From Oscillospiraceae bacterium (GTDB lineage Bacteria > Bacillota > Clostridia > Oscillospirales > CAG-382): a stretch of DNA of 64,000 nucleotides. The notes below the pieces were generated by a model, which saw only the letters and a program-made list of their open reading frames with translations, was not told the origin of the DNA and ran no database searches. How positions within the stretch are numbered: position 1 is the first letter of the stretch; every line of letters starts with the position of its first letter. Shown here piece by piece: positions 62,313 through 64,000 of this stretch. The stretch lies in assembly GCA_015064955.1 (NCBI GenBank), contig SVRD01000001.1:75218-139217 (forward strand), written 5' to 3'. Position numbers and translations under genes: made by a program.

Positions 62313-64000
62313 TTATTCCTCCAGTGCCGACATAAGCATTTCGGCAAATTCGCGGTAATCATCGGGATTGACGCTCATTATCGCGTTTCTGTCCCAATTC
62401 GAATAAAGCTTTTTAACGTCGCGCTCGAGCATAACCTTGTTATATGCCGCTTCGACCGCCGAGTCGAGTCCCTTTCCTGCCGCCGCCTTCAAAAGCACGT
62501 AATACCTGATTCCGCGGTAGAGCGCCTTCCAGCGCAGAGAAAGCCAAGGGTTGCCGTCGGGCGAGGGGTAAACGTAGTTCAGGTCGCCCACAGGGAACGG
62601 ACCGAAGCGCAGATCGTTGTTCGGGTCGTCGGTCCAGCAGGTATAGCTCCAGCGCAAAAATCCGTCCATACCCGTCATAGCGGCAAGTATGCCGATATAG
62701 TATCCGTCGGTGAGCAGACTCCGCAGAAAGCTGTTGGGAATTTCGGGACAGCAGCAAACGTAGTAAAGAAAGCGTTTTTCGGGCATTTCCGCCTTGAACT
62801 GCATCAAAGCGTCGTATTCGCTGTACATCGCCGAAATATAGGGCGCGAAATCGTATATATCCTTTCCGAATTCGTTTACAAATTCGGCGTGGTTTATCGC
62901 GGTTTTGTATTTAAAGCTCGGCGCAACGGATTTTATATGCTCCAAGCTCTTGCGGTAAGCCTCGATGTCGGCAGGCTCGTCCGCGGCGATACGCAATATA
63001 TCGTTCTGATCGGTTTCAATAAAATATGATTCGAGTGCACGGATATAGCAATCGAGCTCCTCGGCAGTGCGGATATAATCGTAAACTCCCTCTTTTTCGT
63101 CGAATACCCTTACTCTGACACCGTCGGGATAATCGGCGGCAACGTGTCCCTCTCCGTAGGTTTTGTTGTCCCATACGTTTACAAGACCGTATACCGAAAT
63201 ACATTCGTCGATTCCGTGCTTCGCGCAGAGGTCGATATATCTCTGCATTATCGAAAAGTCGTATTCGAGCCTGCCGTCGCATTTACGTGTTACGGGAATC
63301 ATCGAATACTCGAAAAGGTTTGCGTCATAACGTACCTCGGATTGACAGCCCTGACCGTTCCAAGGCATTTCCGATGCGATGACCGTAACGCACTTGACAC
63401 CGAGCCTTCCGAGCGAGGCGCAATATTTATCGAGCAGTACAAAATGCTCGTCGCTCCAAAGCTCGACACCGTAATATCTCGCGATATTCGAAGGGTGCTG
63501 CCAGAGGTCGAGATGAAATCCGTTGTCCTTGTTTTCGGGGAAGCAATAGTCATATACCCTGAGCTCGATATTAATCTCGCCGACAAGGCTTTCACGCTCG
63601 AATCCGAAGCTTTCAAAAAGCTTTATTTTGCCGTTGTAACTGCCCTTTTGCGCGTCCTTCGGAACCGAGATCTCGCAATATACCGAAAGAACCTCCTCGT
63701 CCTCTGCCTCGACAACGCTTTTTGTAAGCAAAACGTCACCGCGGAGATATCCGTCGTCGCAAAGAACAGTACCGATATGATTCATTCCGAGCTCAAACGG
63801 AAGCTCGGCAGAAAGACGGATATTTCTGCGCTTTGAATTCTGCGAAAACCAAGGTTGCTTTGCAATATTCAGCGCAAACCGCTCGCTCGCGGTCAGAATT
63901 ATCTGAAACGACGCGGTGTCGTTTTTGCCTGCGGCAAGCTTGATCTCCTTCGGCATAGCCTCGATCTCCGATAGCTGTATCTGTGATTTTTTACCTCTTA
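62313..64000 (-). CDS. DUF4091 domain protein (GH123-like glycosidase family), 5' end probably beyond the right edge
   Basis: The track ORF starts at Met 63956, but my translation of 63957-64000 in the same frame (RGKKSQIQLSEIEA) has no stop. The family usually has 30-40 more N-terminal residues before the ...ASFQIIL block. The body pattern HLDLWQHP...EMPWNGQGC... fits DUF4091 from memory. Confidence 0.6.
   Translation of the reverse strand, partial: RGKKSQIQLSEIEAMPKEIKLAAGKNDTASFQIILTASERFALNIAKQPWFSQNSKRRNIRLSAELPFELGMNHIGTVLCDDGYLRGDVLLTKSVVEAEDEEVLSVYCEISVPKDAQKGSYNGKIKLFESFGFERESLVGEINIELRVYDYCFPENKDNGFHLDLWQHPSNIARYYGVELWSDEHFVLLDKYCASLGRLGVKCVTVIASEMPWNGQGCQSEVRYDANLFEYSMIPVTRKCDGRLEYDFSIMQRYIDLCAKHGIDECISVYGLVNVWDNKTYGEGHVAADYPDGVRVRVFDEKEGVYDYIRTAEELDCYIRALESYFIETDQNDILRIAADEPADIEAYRKSLEHIKSVAPSFKYKTAINHAEFVNEFGKDIYDFAPYISAMYSEYDALMQFKAEMPEKRFLYYVCCCPEIPNSFLRSLLTDGYYIGILAAMTGMDGFLRWSYTCWTDDPNNDLRFGPFPVGDLNYVYPSPDGNPWLSLRWKALYRGIRYYVLLKAAAGKGLDSAVEAAYNKVMLERDVKKLYSNWDRNAIMSVNPDDYREFAEMLMSALEE

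Noticed and set aside
1-64000. Search for tRNA, rRNA, tmRNA, CRISPR arrays, transposases, integrases, phage genes, restriction-modification or other recognisable defence genes.
   Set aside because: None were found by eye on either strand. There are no T-loop GGTTCGAAT-type motifs in intergenic regions, no spaced direct repeats, and no recombinase- or nuclease-like ORFs. Small RNAs cannot be excluded without covariance-model scans.

Overview
This 64-kb chromosomal segment reads like the core genome of a Gram-positive, probably spore-forming Clostridia-class anaerobe. My guess is Oscillospiraceae/Ruminococcaceae, inferred only from ytfJ, the SLH and dockerin modules and the gene content. Hand counts of single lines give about 53% GC in core genes. 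I call about 58 densely packed protein genes, nearly all housekeeping: serC-serA, trkH-trkA, FMN riboswitch-ribU, ackA, tmcAL, clpP, ddl-murI, dnaD/dnaI-like-rnhA, dapA, queA, a sufC/sufBD-like pair, yhbY, dut, hslO, xseA, nusB, gpmI, scpA-scpB-ytfJ, nagB, ldhA, mnmA and an LCP ligase. Several secreted or cell-wall proteins are also present (SLH, dockerin, lipoproteins). I found no rRNA, tRNA, CRISPR array, transposase, integrase or phage gene. I do not see a convincing novel multi-gene system such as a defence island. The observations that go beyond routine annotation are listed here, and all functional interpretations of them are hypotheses. (1) A mosaic intergenic repeat family has a 27-nt hairpin core with three clear copies; one of them splits scpA from scpB. 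(2) A 97% identical 133-bp segmental duplication carries four tandem terminators between nagB and ldhA. (3) A heavily structured spacer lies upstream of an orphan solute-binding lipoprotein gene. (4) Two proteins carry dockerins with an unusual shared signature. (5) Small accessory loci include a YidD-fusion/zinc-ribbon/DUF4177-like trio, an ECF-like sigma factor with a roughly 360-aa soluble C-terminal extension, and two low-GC islets. One islet carries a membrane-anchored XRE regulator next to two perfect palindromes.
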